From contig NC_087437.1 of the NCBI RefSeq assembly GCF_036321535.1, positions 18,354,001-18,418,000 on the forward strand: DNA of 64,000 nucleotides, given 5' to 3'. Position numbers and translations under genes: made by a program. Positions 63,061 through 64,000 of this stretch are shown here, piece by piece (position 1 is the first letter of the stretch; each line of letters starts with the position of its first letter). The stretch is from Camelus dromedarius. Taxonomy: Eukaryota. The notes under the pieces are model-generated. The model saw only the letters and a program-made list of their open reading frames with translations, searched no databases and was not told where the DNA came from.

Positions 63061-64000
63061 ATTCCCTGGACAGTGGCCACGGGTCCTTCAAAACTCAGAC
63101 CAGGTTGTCGCCTCCGCCGAGAAGTCTTGCTGGACCATCCTCCACCCTCCCCCGGGCTGTGCCAGGGACTCCTTCTCTGCTCCCACGGCACCTAGATAAC
63201 ATCCCACTGTGACACGGCTGTCAGCTTGCCCATTGGCCCTACGGAAGGGAAGAGGCACTGGGTCATGGCTCCCTGAGTGAACGGCTGTGCCAGATCAGAG
63301 CACACAGAAACCGGGCCTCTGCCTCCCTGAAGCCTGCCGTCCAGGGGCTTAGAGAAGACAGACCCCCAAATAACTGCAGCCCGAGGCGGCCGCTCAGATG
63401 AGCATCACGTCACAGGCAAGTCACGAGCAGCCACATGCCGAAGGCTGGATCTGAGCTGAACCTTGAGGACTGGAGCCGCCGCCTTTGCCTCCACAGCTGC
63501 TGGCCTAAGAGACAGCCTCTGTCAGCCTGTGTCTTCTGGCTGGGAGCCAGCCTGTTCCCTGGGGTTATCTTTCATGTTTGTTCAGAAATTAAACTAATTC
63601 TGCTCAAGGTCATCTCTGGGATGACCTGGAACACTAAAAGAGGCCTCACCAGCATGAGATGGAATAGGTTTAAGCCCTGGCCTGCGTTGCTGAGACTGGC
63701 CTGGTCCTGTTTCCCCAGATTTGTGTGGCACATATGTTTTCAGCAGTTCTTAAACTCCATTAACAGAGTCAAGGTCTGAGCTCCCCTGCCTAAGTCCATT
63801 TAGGAAAGGTGACCTTGCCTGCAAACCCATCCATCCGAAAAACGCCTTAGATATTAATAGATAGCGGAAGGCTAGCGAGGGCACAGTCTCTGAGGGCAGA
63901 TGTAATCAAACACAGCCAACCCTTAGAAAGACCCAGAAGGAGTCTGAATTGGCAGTTTTAAAAAGCAATGCAGAACTCCAGTCAAGACCCTCACGGGGAC

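Larger units (their letters stand above)
33960..63943 (-). pseudogene. Putative decayed multi-exon antisense protein-coding gene nested in ARMC8 introns (identity unknown; possibly a lost NME9 3' extension)
   Basis: Minus-strand non-repeat segments begin at AG acceptors (63943, 60647, 60053, 59581, 58781, 54790, 54504, 53637, 51119, 49556, 37142, 35855, 34888). Several have GT donors and phase-compatible junctions. Frames are protein-like but contain stops and frameshifts. No homology search was possible. Confidence 0.45.

Noticed and set aside
33960..64000. Recognisable NME9 thioredoxin or NDP-kinase domain exons on the minus strand
   Set aside because: No such motifs were seen, so no gene symbol is assigned to the antisense blocks.
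1..64000. CRISPR arrays or other prokaryotic systems
   Set aside because: The sequence is intron-exon mammalian DNA with no repeat-spacer structure.

Overview
Mammalian genomic DNA, most likely camelid (three Vic-1-type tRNA-derived SINEs). The + strand carries 19 consecutive GT-AG coding exons of ARMC8 (GID5 subunit of the CTLH/GID E3 ligase), about exons 3-21. They total 1866 nt in one unbroken frame; the first two exons and the last exon lie outside the window. Read-through of the exon-12 donor gives the short ARMC8-beta C-terminus ([21 protein letters not shown]) followed by intronic poly(A) signals. The introns hold L1, L2, MIR, MER5, MER58 and Tigger1 relics, a polyadenylated 28S rRNA 3'-end retrocopy with a target-site duplication (TSD), and two tail-less internal L1 fragments with direct repeats. 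The most unexpected signal is a series of non-repetitive minus-strand segments at about 34-64 kb, with splice acceptors/donors, several phase-compatible junctions and stop-interrupted protein-like frames. I interpret these as a possible decayed multi-exon antisense gene interleaved in the alpha-specific introns of ARMC8, perhaps a lost 3' extension of neighbouring NME9. That is a hypothesis from manual reading and needs comparative alignment. Repeat family names and comparisons with human sequences are from memory, and repeat boundaries without TSDs are approximate.
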